Part shown: piece after piece, positions 1 to 9,332 of the stretch
Layout of the letters: each line of letters starts with the position of its first letter
Numbering within the stretch: position 1 is the stretch's first letter
Assembly (NCBI GenBank): GCA_900128585.1
Contig: LT642161.1
Coordinates: forward strand, 1 to 52,008
Length of the DNA stretch: 52,008 nt
Reading direction: 5' to 3'
Origin: Stramenopiles sp. TOSAG23-3
Lineage: Eukaryota
Made by a program: the position numbers and the translations under genes
The notes under the pieces: generated by a model
Told to the model about the DNA's origin: nothing
Databases searched by the model: none
The model's input: only the letters and a program-made list of their open reading frames with translations

Positions 1-55
1 CTGCAATTTTTTGTTTCCCTTGTTTCCTCCCTTATTAGCCCGAACTTGATCTGGG
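1..55 (+). repeat. 55-bp exact duplicate of 1823..1877 (internal to the Arb2-domain CDS)
   Basis: ctgcaattttttgtttcccttgtttcctcccttattagcccgaacttgatctggg occurs identically at 1..55 and 1823..1877; the sequences diverge immediately after. Confidence 0.95.
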
Positions 56-59
56 AGTA

Positions 60-800
60 ATGCCATACATGGGAATGTTTTGGTCTCGGCAATTTTGGCA
101 GGTTGAATCGCAGGGTGCCAAAATTAATTTGGTCGGCATCAACGCAGTGAACGCTGGAATTTTCTCCTACATGTATCATGAATTTGCTTTAAGCTTAAGC
201 GCCGCACAGTACCAAGGCCAGGGTTCGATCCAACCTGTTGGCGCCGAGCCATTTGAATTACGTGCCTACGTTATATTTAGTGGGATTGCAAGAGGGTTAA
301 TGCCCTCCCCTTTTGCCAACGATGTGAACCAGACAGTGGACGTTTGGCATTCCAAAATAGCCGATGCCAATCGTCGTGCAAACCAAATTTGGGTGGCATG
401 GGCTGCCTCGATGCTGGCAGCATCTCCAGTAAGCGCACCCCCGCGAATAGACGGCCCTTTTTTGGAAACGTTCGAAACCCTAAAAAATGGAACCCTGCGG
501 AATTTAACTCTACCTGCCGTGCGTGTTGGCACTTACATAATTGACGAAGATACAGATGGGACCTTCACCCTTGCAACGGTGATTTTGAATACATTGCACA
601 ATAAAATCGCAAAGGTTAACGTGACTATGGACTGGAAAATATCCCAATCCAGCCTCAGTCCTATAGAAGTACGAGATGGAGCAAACCAGGGGAAAATCAT
701 AGCACAGTTCGCCCCAAATACACGGTTGATTTCGGAACTCCCAGTGCCTAGTTGGGCTGGGGTCGTGATTTTGGTGAGACGTGTGGAACTGCCAGATTAA
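60..800 (+). CDS. Hypothetical protein, probably the 5'-truncated C-terminal part of a larger protein
   Basis: 246-aa ORF of normal globular composition that begins 4 bp after the duplicated 55-mer junction. No family recognised. Confidence 0.55.
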   Translation: MPYMGMFWSRQFWQVESQGAKINLVGINAVNAGIFSYMYHEFALSLSAAQYQGQGSIQPVGAEPFELRAYVIFSGIARGLMPSPFANDVNQTVDVWHSKIADANRRANQIWVAWAASMLAASPVSAPPRIDGPFLETFETLKNGTLRNLTLPAVRVGTYIIDEDTDGTFTLATVILNTLHNKIAKVNVTMDWKISQSSLSPIEVRDGANQGKIIAQFAPNTRLISELPVPSWAGVVILVRRVELPD

Positions 801-1312
801 TCAAACTACTTTTACTAGACGACTACTACTATTTTTGTAAAAGAAAATTAATATAATAACATCAACACAGCACAGGAATTCTTTATTTGAATGACGGCGA
901 AATAATTAAGAGAAAGAAAGGCAATCACAACTATATTTATTACGAGGAAAAGAAGAAGAAGGAAAAGAAGAGAGCAACTACAAAAACTCAACAAAGGAGG
1001 ACGACGGAGGAGAGAAGAGAGAGAGAAGAAGAGGTGAGGTGACTTTAAATATTAATATAATAATATAGAATAATAGAACGAACGGGAAAAAAAAATAATA
1101 ATTTAAAATTCAAAATTCAAGTCAACAACAATCAATTCAAATATTCCATTCCAACAATTCAATACATTCATTCAATTAGGATTTTAAGTGATAGTATAAC
1201 ATGGGATAAGAATATATATACATATAACGAGAGATAGACTATTTTTATTCTTTTATTTCCGCCAGTTGAAATACAACCGTTGAACGCCGTTCGTTTGTAC
1301 TCGGTTTTTGAA

Positions 1313-3547
1313 ATGCACTTTCACGTCGGGGAAAGTTTCTGTAAAGGGACTGGAAACGTTCTCGATGAGCTGCTCGATTTTCAAACGCACGGTAGCCCAA
1401 TCAATGAGTGCCAATGCAACCTCCTGTATATGATGACCTTTTTATACTTCGTACCGGCGTGTATATCCGGAATGAAACGTTTGTCTTCAATGAGGGATAC
1501 CTCGCTCTCGTACACGCCGTTGTTGAGAATGGCGAACTCGCACACGGGAAGGTTTGCGCAGCAGTGGCATTACCGGGCCGACGGAATGTCCAAGAAGGAA
1601 TTTTTGATCACATTTTCCTGCACCACCCTGTGCCTTGGTGCATGGTTTGCCATGGCTGGCTATGAATTTTTGAACTCTACTGCGTTGGAACCCGTCTCTG
1701 TGTCAAGGTGCATTGTGATCGCCACGGAGCTTCTCCAGTGGTCCTTTGTGTTTATTTACGTGTACGTTTTGAAGCGAAAGGACGCTTCCCCATCTTTCCG
1801 GTTCTTGCGGACCTTCTGGTGCCTGCAATTTTTTGTTTCCCTTGTTTCCTCCCTTATTAGCCCGAACTTGATCTGGGTGTATGCGTTCAACACGGGAAAT
1901 TTTGGCGACATGTCGAGGCTTGCCCTTTTCGTATGTTCGGGGTGGTTGTCGCTTTACTGCATTGTGAGTTTCGTCGCCGAGCACGTGAAGGATTCCATGT
2001 CCCTCGCTCCCCCGTTCGCCGAATCACTCAGCGCAACAGACCTTCGAGATGAGGAGGGCGCGTTGTACCCCCAGGCAAGAAGGACGTTTTCCACCCCCAA
2101 AACTGTAGCAAAAGGGTCAGGGTACAACCGACGCAGGAGGACGCCAGAAAAGAAATTGTGGAGGCAGTTTCATGACGTCACTGCACAGGCCGAAGCCGAC
2201 ATGACGGTTCCGCCGACTCCGCCCCGGTGTAGCGATGAATTGAGCCAGTGTATTGCCAAACAATTCCACCTGTTCACGCACGTAAAGGCCATGAATCCGG
2301 ACAAAAGCATAGAAATCCTTTTTGACAACTCGGGGTACCTGAAAATAGTAGCGAAGAACGATGCGGGTTCGCCCATGCCTGGAATTTCGGAGACGCAAAG
2401 CAGAAACGAGAACAACAGCACAGCCTCGGGCAAGATCGATGGCTCCCAGACTCCGTCCTCTCGCCGGTCAAAGCCTGTGACCTCGCCTGGGTCCCCGTTT
2501 TCTGCAGAGAACCTAGCATCCGTGACGATAGGAAAGAATGTCATTGTCACCATGAAAGAGTTTGAAGATTTCTTGACCTCGTTTGTTTGCGATACAGTAC
2601 ACAGCACATTGGTTGAACAGTTGGACTTTTCGAAGATTTACCTCTTTGGCGGCGCAGCCCCAGTCTTCGTCAGCAGCAACTGGATGACGGCCAGGCGGTT
2701 GGTGCTCGTTGTGCCCTCTGTGTCCGAACGGGTGGGGGGTGGAGGTATCTGGAGTCTGTCATCGTGCATTGAAAACGGACTAAGCTATGGTTCGTTGCTC
2801 TTGCTCTGCGAACAAGCAATGGAGGACAACTGCGGGGTGATTATTCTTAATCCAGTGCAGTACGAAAACGGAAGCGAACACCCAGACGCTGAATTTACAA
2901 AGCTGATCGCGGCAACGAAAACGGTACTCGCCAGTGGTGAAAACCTTACATTTGACCACGTTCGCGAGTCTTTGCTGTCCCAAGGCTTCGACAAAAATTC
3001 TGTTCGTGCCCATAGCCGGACCGTGCGATCCCTCGTCCAGTACGAGCTGTTGCAAAACGATGATGGTCCAACGCGCCGCTTGAAGGTCGCGTGGGACACC
3101 CTGGTCAGCAAATCCACGAAGGCGAACCATATCATTATGGCATCACACCGTCATTCGTACGACTGCGCTCTCAGATCATACCGCTACGCATCTGGAACTG
3201 CCGCTGCAAATTCTTACGCAGGCCCCTCAGCAGGCAACCGGCTGCGCGCTTGTGTCTTTATGGAAGGAACGCGGGAAGACTACTTGTCCTTTCGCTCCCT
3301 CCAAAATGTAGAGTACCACGTAGAAGATGTGTACTCTTTAGGGCAGGAGGTCCAGGTTTCCCCTTTAATAACGACGATACAAGGGCAGCACCGGAAGAAC
3401 AACAGCGTGGTAAAAATTTACCGAATAAAGAAGAAACAACCAACGAATGACGAAGTCCGCCTGATTCAATCAGTTGAGAACGAATTGCAGGAAATGTTAT
3501 TGTATCTTGACGGAGAGAATTATTTTTTCTACGTGAAAGCGGAATAA
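1313..3547 (+). CDS. Multipass-membrane N-terminus fused to an Arb2/FAM172A-like alpha/beta-hydrolase-fold domain
   Basis: About 5 hydrophobic helices in the first 230 aa. The motif series VFVSSNW..RRLVLVV..GIWS...IENGLSYGS...A.EDNCGVIILNP...AWDTLVSKS...IIMASH parallels FAM172A/Arb2. First ATG is at 1313 (the ORF track starts at TTG 1280). Confidence 0.7.
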   Translation: MHFHVGESFCKGTGNVLDELLDFQTHGSPINECQCNLLYMMTFLYFVPACISGMKRLSSMRDTSLSYTPLLRMANSHTGRFAQQWHYRADGMSKKEFLITFSCTTLCLGAWFAMAGYEFLNSTALEPVSVSRCIVIATELLQWSFVFIYVYVLKRKDASPSFRFLRTFWCLQFFVSLVSSLISPNLIWVYAFNTGNFGDMSRLALFVCSGWLSLYCIVSFVAEHVKDSMSLAPPFAESLSATDLRDEEGALYPQARRTFSTPKTVAKGSGYNRRRRTPEKKLWRQFHDVTAQAEADMTVPPTPPRCSDELSQCIAKQFHLFTHVKAMNPDKSIEILFDNSGYLKIVAKNDAGSPMPGISETQSRNENNSTASGKIDGSQTPSSRRSKPVTSPGSPFSAENLASVTIGKNVIVTMKEFEDFLTSFVCDTVHSTLVEQLDFSKIYLFGGAAPVFVSSNWMTARRLVLVVPSVSERVGGGGIWSLSSCIENGLSYGSLLLLCEQAMEDNCGVIILNPVQYENGSEHPDAEFTKLIAATKTVLASGENLTFDHVRESLLSQGFDKNSVRAHSRTVRSLVQYELLQNDDGPTRRLKVAWDTLVSKSTKANHIIMASHRHSYDCALRSYRYASGTAAANSYAGPSAGNRLRACVFMEGTREDYLSFRSLQNVEYHVEDVYSLGQEVQVSPLITTIQGQHRKNNSVVKIYRIKKKQPTNDEVRLIQSVENELQEMLLYLDGENYFFYVKAE

Positions 3548-3590
3548 GTTGTTTTAGTAGAAATCTGCTATGATACTTCGTATGATATTG

Positions 3591-3845
3591 GAAAAAATTG
3601 GCTGTGTCATTTAAAAAGTTCAATTAAAATTTAGCTTCCTCATATTAGAGAGCTATGATAATACCGCGTTTTAAAAATTTTAATCGTTTCATTTACGAGT
3701 GAGACATCGGTCGCGGTACCGGTACCAAGTACATGAGGAAGATAAAATTTTAATTACAATAATAACTGCTGTGTGAGACACCTGATCTTATTTTGCCTCA
3801 GCCAATTTTCTTGCTTTTTACATTAAATAACAGCCAAGTTTTTGT
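3591..3845. repeat. Dispersed intergenic repeat family I (core aagaaaattggctgttatttaa), here as inverted copies
   Basis: Forward copy at 3591..3638; reverse-complement copies at 3799..3820 and 3823..3845; further copies at 11454..11504 and 32110..32231. Confidence 0.7.
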
Positions 3846-3878
3846 AAATTGTTATTTATCGGTTCTTACACGGATTTT

Positions 3879-5603
3879 TTACTCCAAGCCAGCAATATCG
3901 TAACGCCGTTTTTTTTGCTTCGTCTGTACATATTTCCAAATTTCACCGTCTTCAGAGGTACCGGTACCCGGCACCGTCTTCCCCATGTCGTATTTGTCGA
4001 GGTGGAACACTTCAAACGTATGGATAGTCGCCGAACCGATCTTGAGCTCTTCTCGTCGTCTGCTTTCGCTGAATTGTTCATCAGGCCCCAGTTCTGTGAA
4101 AAATGTGAATGGGTATTCGTCGTAGTACAAATAGCAGGGCATTGAGTTTGGAAAACCGCACATACTGAACACTCCCGTCTCGTACCTGGTCGTCATGTAT
4201 GCTTCACTGCGCTTGATTGCTGGCATCAGAAAAGGCCCAAATGGAATCCTTGTTGGAGGAAGGAACATGTCGTAAGGGTAGATTGGGGCATGGCTCAAAC
4301 CTCTTCGCTCGTTCCACCAAGTGCCGCACCCATTCCCGGGATTGATGCGCCCAATGCACGTTACAAACATCGAGCCGTTCTTTTTATTTCGTATCGGACT
4401 GTACAGCCACAAGTCAATGTACATTTCAAAAGGGGTGTCGATATGATACCCAAAACTGTCGTTAGGCCGCCATCGAAGCCGTCCGTCAAGCTTCTCCACC
4501 CTTCCTAGGGCCGTTTCTATTTTGGCATAGTTTAACGAAAACACAGCTAAGTCCACATCTTTCTCCCAGATCAACGGGATGTGCCCATGGTGACGACGGC
4601 CGCCTATGACCGAGCCAGCGTACAAAATCGCTTGAACGTTCTCTCGCGCCAGTTCGTTCACTATTCGCGATACCGCTAAGTACACATCATCTAACTTCCG
4701 CGTGAAATTGAAGGCCTCGACCTTCGTGGATGGCAACTGAGCATGTGAAGAGAGAAGGTCGTACTTTTCCAATTCAGCTTTGTACGGCCAATGGAACGGA
4801 ACTTGAGCGGGTTTGGGGGCAAACGTGTTGATTATGTTCAGGTTTTTTGGGATCGGGGCATAGGTCCTCCAGTTATCCCCATACGCTTGGATCATCAATT
4901 TGAACGACATTTCCTTGCTCGGTACGCCTATTTCTATTCCTCCAAGCTTTGCCGTGCGAGTGCCTCGGAAAAGATCGGCAAGTGTACCATCCGGCCCTAC
5001 GGCACTTCGACTGATTTTTGTGAATGTGACGTAGCGTCGGGGGCTGTATCCTGGCGGTGTCACTGTTGTCACTGGTAAGGACAAGTCCCCCGCTTCGCAT
5101 ATGATAAAAGGCACCCGTACTGTTTCTGATTTCCATATGATAAGCCCGTAATCCTTCAAAAGGATGTCTGCAAAGCCTTCGTGCACTTGAACACGTTGCG
5201 GAAGAAACAGATCGTTGTTGATATTGTCTATTCCCAACCGCCCATTTCTCAAAATTCCGAGCAGGGTACTGAGGGTTGCAACGTAGCGTATCTTTAGCCG
5301 ATTGAAACAGTTCGTTACTCTTTTTAGCTGAAGGTATAGCCCTTGCGTAACGTTTGTGCCACGATAAGGCTTACAGTTCCCCCATGAGAATTTCCCTACG
5401 TTGCTCTCCAAATCGAGGCGCGACTGTTGCGCGATATTTATCCCCCGGTCCAGCAATTTTGGCACCGTAAGAAGACCCTTTGGCAAGTACACTCGTTCAT
5501 TGTCCCGCAGCCCCAGGACTTCTCGATAGTAGCCGTCAATGTCATATGACAAACACGGCAACGAGAAAAGGCACAACAGAACGAGGGCATAACCACAAAA
5601 CAT
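3879..5603 (-). CDS. Secreted/Golgi LicD (fukutin-related) nucleotidyltransferase-fold protein with two LicD-like domains
   Basis: Signal peptide MFCGYALVLLCLFSLPCLS. Domain 2 reads LYAGSVIGGRRHHGHIPLIWEKDVDL...YIDLW (LicD G[ST]LLG..R...IPWD.D.D); domain 1 is degenerate, TLSTLLGILRNG...NNDL. Alternative in-frame ATG at 5663. Confidence 0.8.
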   Translation of the reverse strand: MFCGYALVLLCLFSLPCLSYDIDGYYREVLGLRDNERVYLPKGLLTVPKLLDRGINIAQQSRLDLESNVGKFSWGNCKPYRGTNVTQGLYLQLKRVTNCFNRLKIRYVATLSTLLGILRNGRLGIDNINNDLFLPQRVQVHEGFADILLKDYGLIIWKSETVRVPFIICEAGDLSLPVTTVTPPGYSPRRYVTFTKISRSAVGPDGTLADLFRGTRTAKLGGIEIGVPSKEMSFKLMIQAYGDNWRTYAPIPKNLNIINTFAPKPAQVPFHWPYKAELEKYDLLSSHAQLPSTKVEAFNFTRKLDDVYLAVSRIVNELARENVQAILYAGSVIGGRRHHGHIPLIWEKDVDLAVFSLNYAKIETALGRVEKLDGRLRWRPNDSFGYHIDTPFEMYIDLWLYSPIRNKKNGSMFVTCIGRINPGNGCGTWWNERRGLSHAPIYPYDMFLPPTRIPFGPFLMPAIKRSEAYMTTRYETGVFSMCGFPNSMPCYLYYDEYPFTFFTELGPDEQFSESRRREELKIGSATIHTFEVFHLDKYDMGKTVPGTGTSEDGEIWKYVQTKQKKRRYDIAGLE

Positions 5604-5771
5604 TGTGCCCAGCGGGAGAGAACGAGATGCCCGGGGTTGATGATCGTGAACACGGGCAAACATTCATAAAATGCACAACAGAACGAGGGCATAACCACAA
5701 AACATTTTGCCCAGCGGGAGAGAACGAGATGCCCGGGGTTGATGATCGTGAACACGGGCAAACATTCATAA
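5571..5771. repeat. Tandem duplication (99-bp units, 102-bp period, 1 mismatch) covering the 5' UTR and start codon of the LicD gene
   Basis: 5571..5669 versus 5673..5771; the only difference is cattgtgccc versus cattttgccc. Confidence 0.95.
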
Positions 5772-6170
5772 CATGACAAAATCGAATCCCACAGCAACAG
5801 TTGTTTCGTTTAATCTCTTTGGGATAAAAAGAATATAAATATATGAGTGATTTTGAAAAAGAAATAATACCTGTACCTGTTCATGTGAGCCAAACACAAT
5901 AATATATAATGGTGTGTGCATGTTAGTAATGCTGTATCGATTCTATTCACGGGTTGTAACACCTGATCTTATTTTGTTGCCTCAAATTTAAAATAAATTA
6001 ATGCAGAACAACTTTTGAGATACCGGTGGTGGAGGGTGGTACGTACAGGTACACCACAATATATCTTCTATGAAACAACTAAACATTCTTCTGGCTCTAA
6101 ACAAAATTGCACATGTATGTACCATCCTCCTGTAACGTCTAATAACTGGTAGATGGTAATTTCTTCTGGT

Positions 6171-7646
6171 TTAGAAGAAGTGTTTAGCTCTCTTTGTTTT
6201 TCTTTCCCCCATGCTGCTGGACGAAGATTTTTTCAATATTCTTTGCAACTGAACATCATAATCTTCATCGTTTGTTTTGGACAAACACATTTGATCCACA
6301 CCATTCTCCATGCGTTTCGGATGCCCATCCAAGGGAACATGCCCGTACGCCGCCGCCCCACGATATTTACTCGATCGAGCCCACACGATCAAATTTAACC
6401 GTTCTCCTGACTCAATATCTTCCGCACCATGTCGATGTCTGCCAAGGTGAAGTACAGCTCTCCCCAACTGGTGTTTGACCACGGCTTGTGATTTACGGTA
6501 GACAGACGTGCCCGATTGCCCACAAAATCTGAGCCCAGCACCAGTAAAACCACTGTTCAAACACACGTTCAACGTTGCCTCACTGCTGTCATGGTGCATG
6601 TCCAACCCCCGATCTCCACCATCCTTCTTGTACTCGACGACAAACGTATGGTGGTGATCCAACTGTTGGACAATGCTTTCCGTCGGATACAGTGCAGCAC
6701 ACATGGGGGCAATGATTTTGTTTAACAATTGTGTGACGAGTGGCTCCAAACCAATCTCGTTGGTAATCAACCCGTAGTTGTTCATTGTATTGGGTCGTCT
6801 CCGAGGTAAAGCTGTAGTTTCAAAACAATTGATTTCTTCGGCCAACATGTGACAAAATGTTGGACTGAACAAATCAAAGCTGTAGATGCCAGGACTTGAT
6901 TCTTCAACGAGCGACAGCCAGTCAACTGCGGTAGATGGTGATGTAGTGGTGGTGGTGGTCGCTTTCGTGGACAGGGAGGCAGATTCCACAACAAATTGTT
7001 GGAAAGCTGGTGCGAGCCATTCTGGACGAAAATGTCCGGTGTACATCTCTACGTTCTTGCATACTTTTCGATACTGATGGATCACTTGCACTTTGGCCAA
7101 CGTGTGCTTTTCAAGCTCGAGCCAACGCGTCAGGTCGTCCTTGTTTCGGCCGCACGCTGGCGCATAGCTCGATGTGGCACTGTTACTGGCAATAGTGCTC
7201 GATGCACTCGCTGCACGAACAACAGCACCGACGTGTGCCCCGGTCAACCACCGCACACCCTGCTGTGCAATCTTTCGCAAGGTAGGATGTGAACGAAGTT
7301 GAAGACCCGAATCCTCCTCATCCCAAAAATCGGACGACACAAAACCCGTGTCGTCCACTCCATGCATGGCAAAGGGAGCACCAATCTGCACAAAGCGAAC
7401 GGCCACGGGACATTTGACTGTTCCACCGTACATTGCGGCCACGCTACCAACCTCGTCACCAATGCCTTCGCCACCCACTCGCAACACCCAAGATCGAATA
7501 CCGTAACTGAATTGAGTTGCATCGACATGAAGCACGAGGTCGATGAAACCACCACGAACGACCGAACAGGAGATGACGCCGCTGGGTCGATTCATGGCCA
7601 GTGTCGCTGCCTGGGCGGCCAGTTGCAGAGACAAGGGATGAAGCAT
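6171..7646 (-). CDS. 2-oxoglutarate/Fe(II)-dependent oxygenase, OGFOD2-like, with an extra N-terminal domain
   Basis: PGIYSFDLFSPTFC..L.EE...RPNTMNNYG...HHTFVVEY...LDMHHDSSEATLNVCL...FTGAGLRF...LHLGRHRHGA..I.SGERLNLIVW gives the HxD...H...R iron and 2OG ligands typical of OGFOD2/PLOD-like enzymes. Confidence 0.9.
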   Translation of the reverse strand: MLHPLSLQLAAQAATLAMNRPSGVISCSVVRGGFIDLVLHVDATQFSYGIRSWVLRVGGEGIGDEVGSVAAMYGGTVKCPVAVRFVQIGAPFAMHGVDDTGFVSSDFWDEEDSGLQLRSHPTLRKIAQQGVRWLTGAHVGAVVRAASASSTIASNSATSSYAPACGRNKDDLTRWLELEKHTLAKVQVIHQYRKVCKNVEMYTGHFRPEWLAPAFQQFVVESASLSTKATTTTTTSPSTAVDWLSLVEESSPGIYSFDLFSPTFCHMLAEEINCFETTALPRRRPNTMNNYGLITNEIGLEPLVTQLLNKIIAPMCAALYPTESIVQQLDHHHTFVVEYKKDGGDRGLDMHHDSSEATLNVCLNSGFTGAGLRFCGQSGTSVYRKSQAVVKHQLGRAVLHLGRHRHGAEDIESGERLNLIVWARSSKYRGAAAYGHVPLDGHPKRMENGVDQMCLSKTNDEDYDVQLQRILKKSSSSSMGERKTKRAKHFF

Positions 7647-8142
7647 GTTTGGAGTGTGGTGGTAACACTTTCAAACCACCAAGAGAAAGAGGATGGTCAC
7701 TTTTTGTGCTCGGAAAGCTTTAGAACCTCGTAGGGGAGGAGTGGTATTTTCTGGGGGGAAGGTGGAGCGCGCGAGGCCACTGAATCCATCGCAGGAAGAA
7801 GATTCATTGCGAGTAAGTTCTCCGTCCAGTTCCTTGTTGTTAACATCATCACATCATTCATCATCATCAAATTCAATTCCTCATTTTTTATTTTTATATA
7901 TACCGGTAGTACTATAATAATAATATAGTTACCGTAATAAATATTAATACCAGGTACCAGGGTGGTGGTATTATATTAATACCTTACGGTACCGGGGGGT
8001 ACGGGAAATAGTTGGGAACAACAACACCCACAGAGAGAAGAGAGAGGACAAAAATATTAAAAAAAAAAAATATATTATTTATAGAGAAAATATTTTACGA
8101 CGACTTTTTAATTAATAAAATTCGCAAAAAAAGAAATTATCG

Positions 8143-8304
8143 TTCATACAGTTTAGTTTCAACAAGTTAAATTTTTTACTTCTGTTTCTAGCGTGCACCA
8201 TAAAAAANNNNNNNNNNNNNNNNNNNNNNNNNNNNNNNNTTCATACAGTTTAGTTTCAACAAGTTAAATTTTTTACTTCTGTTTCTAGCGTGCACCATAA
8301 AAAA
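8143..8304. other. Assembly gap (N, 8208..8238) flanked by the same ~65-bp sequence on both sides
   Basis: ttcatacagtttagtttcaacaag...gcgtgcaccataaaaaa is present before and after the N run, typical of an unmerged contig overlap. Confidence 0.9.
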
Positions 8305-8341
8305 TTTCAAACGGTTTGGATTTAGATGCACAGTCGTTGCA

Positions 8342-8962
8342 ATGTTTTCTTATTTTACCGCTCAAATAGTTCGAAGAGGCCGCCGTTCTGTAACTACGTC
8401 ATCGGCGAGGCGAATTTTGAAAGTAGGCAATTCTGCGACAAAAGCAGAAGTAACAAAAGCATATAGAGAAGCGGCATTGCGGACCCATCCTGATCATTCC
8501 AAGTCTGATAATGCTGCTGATGAGTTTTTGAAAGTGAAAAATGCTTACGAACATTTAAGACGCACGTTTTCAGGAGAAGTGAACAAAGAGCTGACAGTTA
8601 GTGACCAGATTGGAGAAGCGTTGAAAAAGAACGACTTAATTTTTGCAGAGCGCATGATGAGCAGTCTGAAGGGTGGGGACGAACAACTGAATGGTGGAGA
8701 TATGGAAAACTTGATAAAATTGGCAGGGTTGTCCACAGAACAGACAGCAGATTTTTACAAGGGCACGCGCAGTGCGTTTTTGACCCCATCAGATGAAGCA
8801 GCGTGTTGGAACAACTTGCTCAAGAAAATCCGAAGGGAGAAACCTGATGCTAGTGAGACCATGAACGAGATTTTGCATGTACTGAATATCATGGACCGGG
8901 AGCTTGGTGTTCAGCCAGACCTTGCGGTGATGGAGCAGCTGTTTCAGTACTTTCCAAGATAA
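8342..8962 (+). CDS. DnaJ-domain (type III) protein, probably mitochondrial
   Basis: ARRILKV...A.KAEVTKAYREAALRTHPD...EFLKVKNAYEHL is a J-domain with HPD; the N-terminus is Arg/Ser-rich and presequence-like. Confidence 0.85.
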   Translation: MFSYFTAQIVRRGRRSVTTSSARRILKVGNSATKAEVTKAYREAALRTHPDHSKSDNAADEFLKVKNAYEHLRRTFSGEVNKELTVSDQIGEALKKNDLIFAERMMSSLKGGDEQLNGGDMENLIKLAGLSTEQTADFYKGTRSAFLTPSDEAACWNNLLKKIRREKPDASETMNEILHVLNIMDRELGVQPDLAVMEQLFQYFPR

Positions 8963-9085
8963 CCCGATGTACATAATTAGTTCTACATTGTGTTAATTTT
9001 ATTCAAATACGAAGAAAAAACAGAAGAAAATTTATATAAACTTAAGACTTATTCTGCCAAAATTACTTGACCAAAAAAGATACCT

Positions 9086-9157
9086 GTACTACTCTAGACC
9101 GACTAGTCAATATTATATAATAATAATAATTCCTCCTCTTCTTCTTGCTTCTTATAA
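9086..9157 (+). repeat. Dispersed intergenic repeat family II (tagaccgactagtcaata...ataattcctcctc...cttgcttcttataa), copy 1
   Basis: Closely matches 13781..13837, with differences confined to simple-repeat unit numbers. Confidence 0.8.
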
Positions 9158-9332
9158 TAATAATACTAATAAATCAAATCTTTTTTTATAATAATATTTT
9201 TTTTAGAAATTAATATAATATAGCCTCCAAAGAAACCAGTCGATTGGCACTTGGTACCTAAATTACTGTCAACTGCTGCAAGTTTAGATTTAGAGCCCCC
9301 ACCCGACAGCCCATTAAGATCACGCACTCGCA

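Noticed and set aside
8143..8304. Direct repeat around the N-run as a possible target-site duplication or LTR
   Set aside because: Identical sequence on both sides of a scaffold gap is the usual signature of an unmerged contig overlap.
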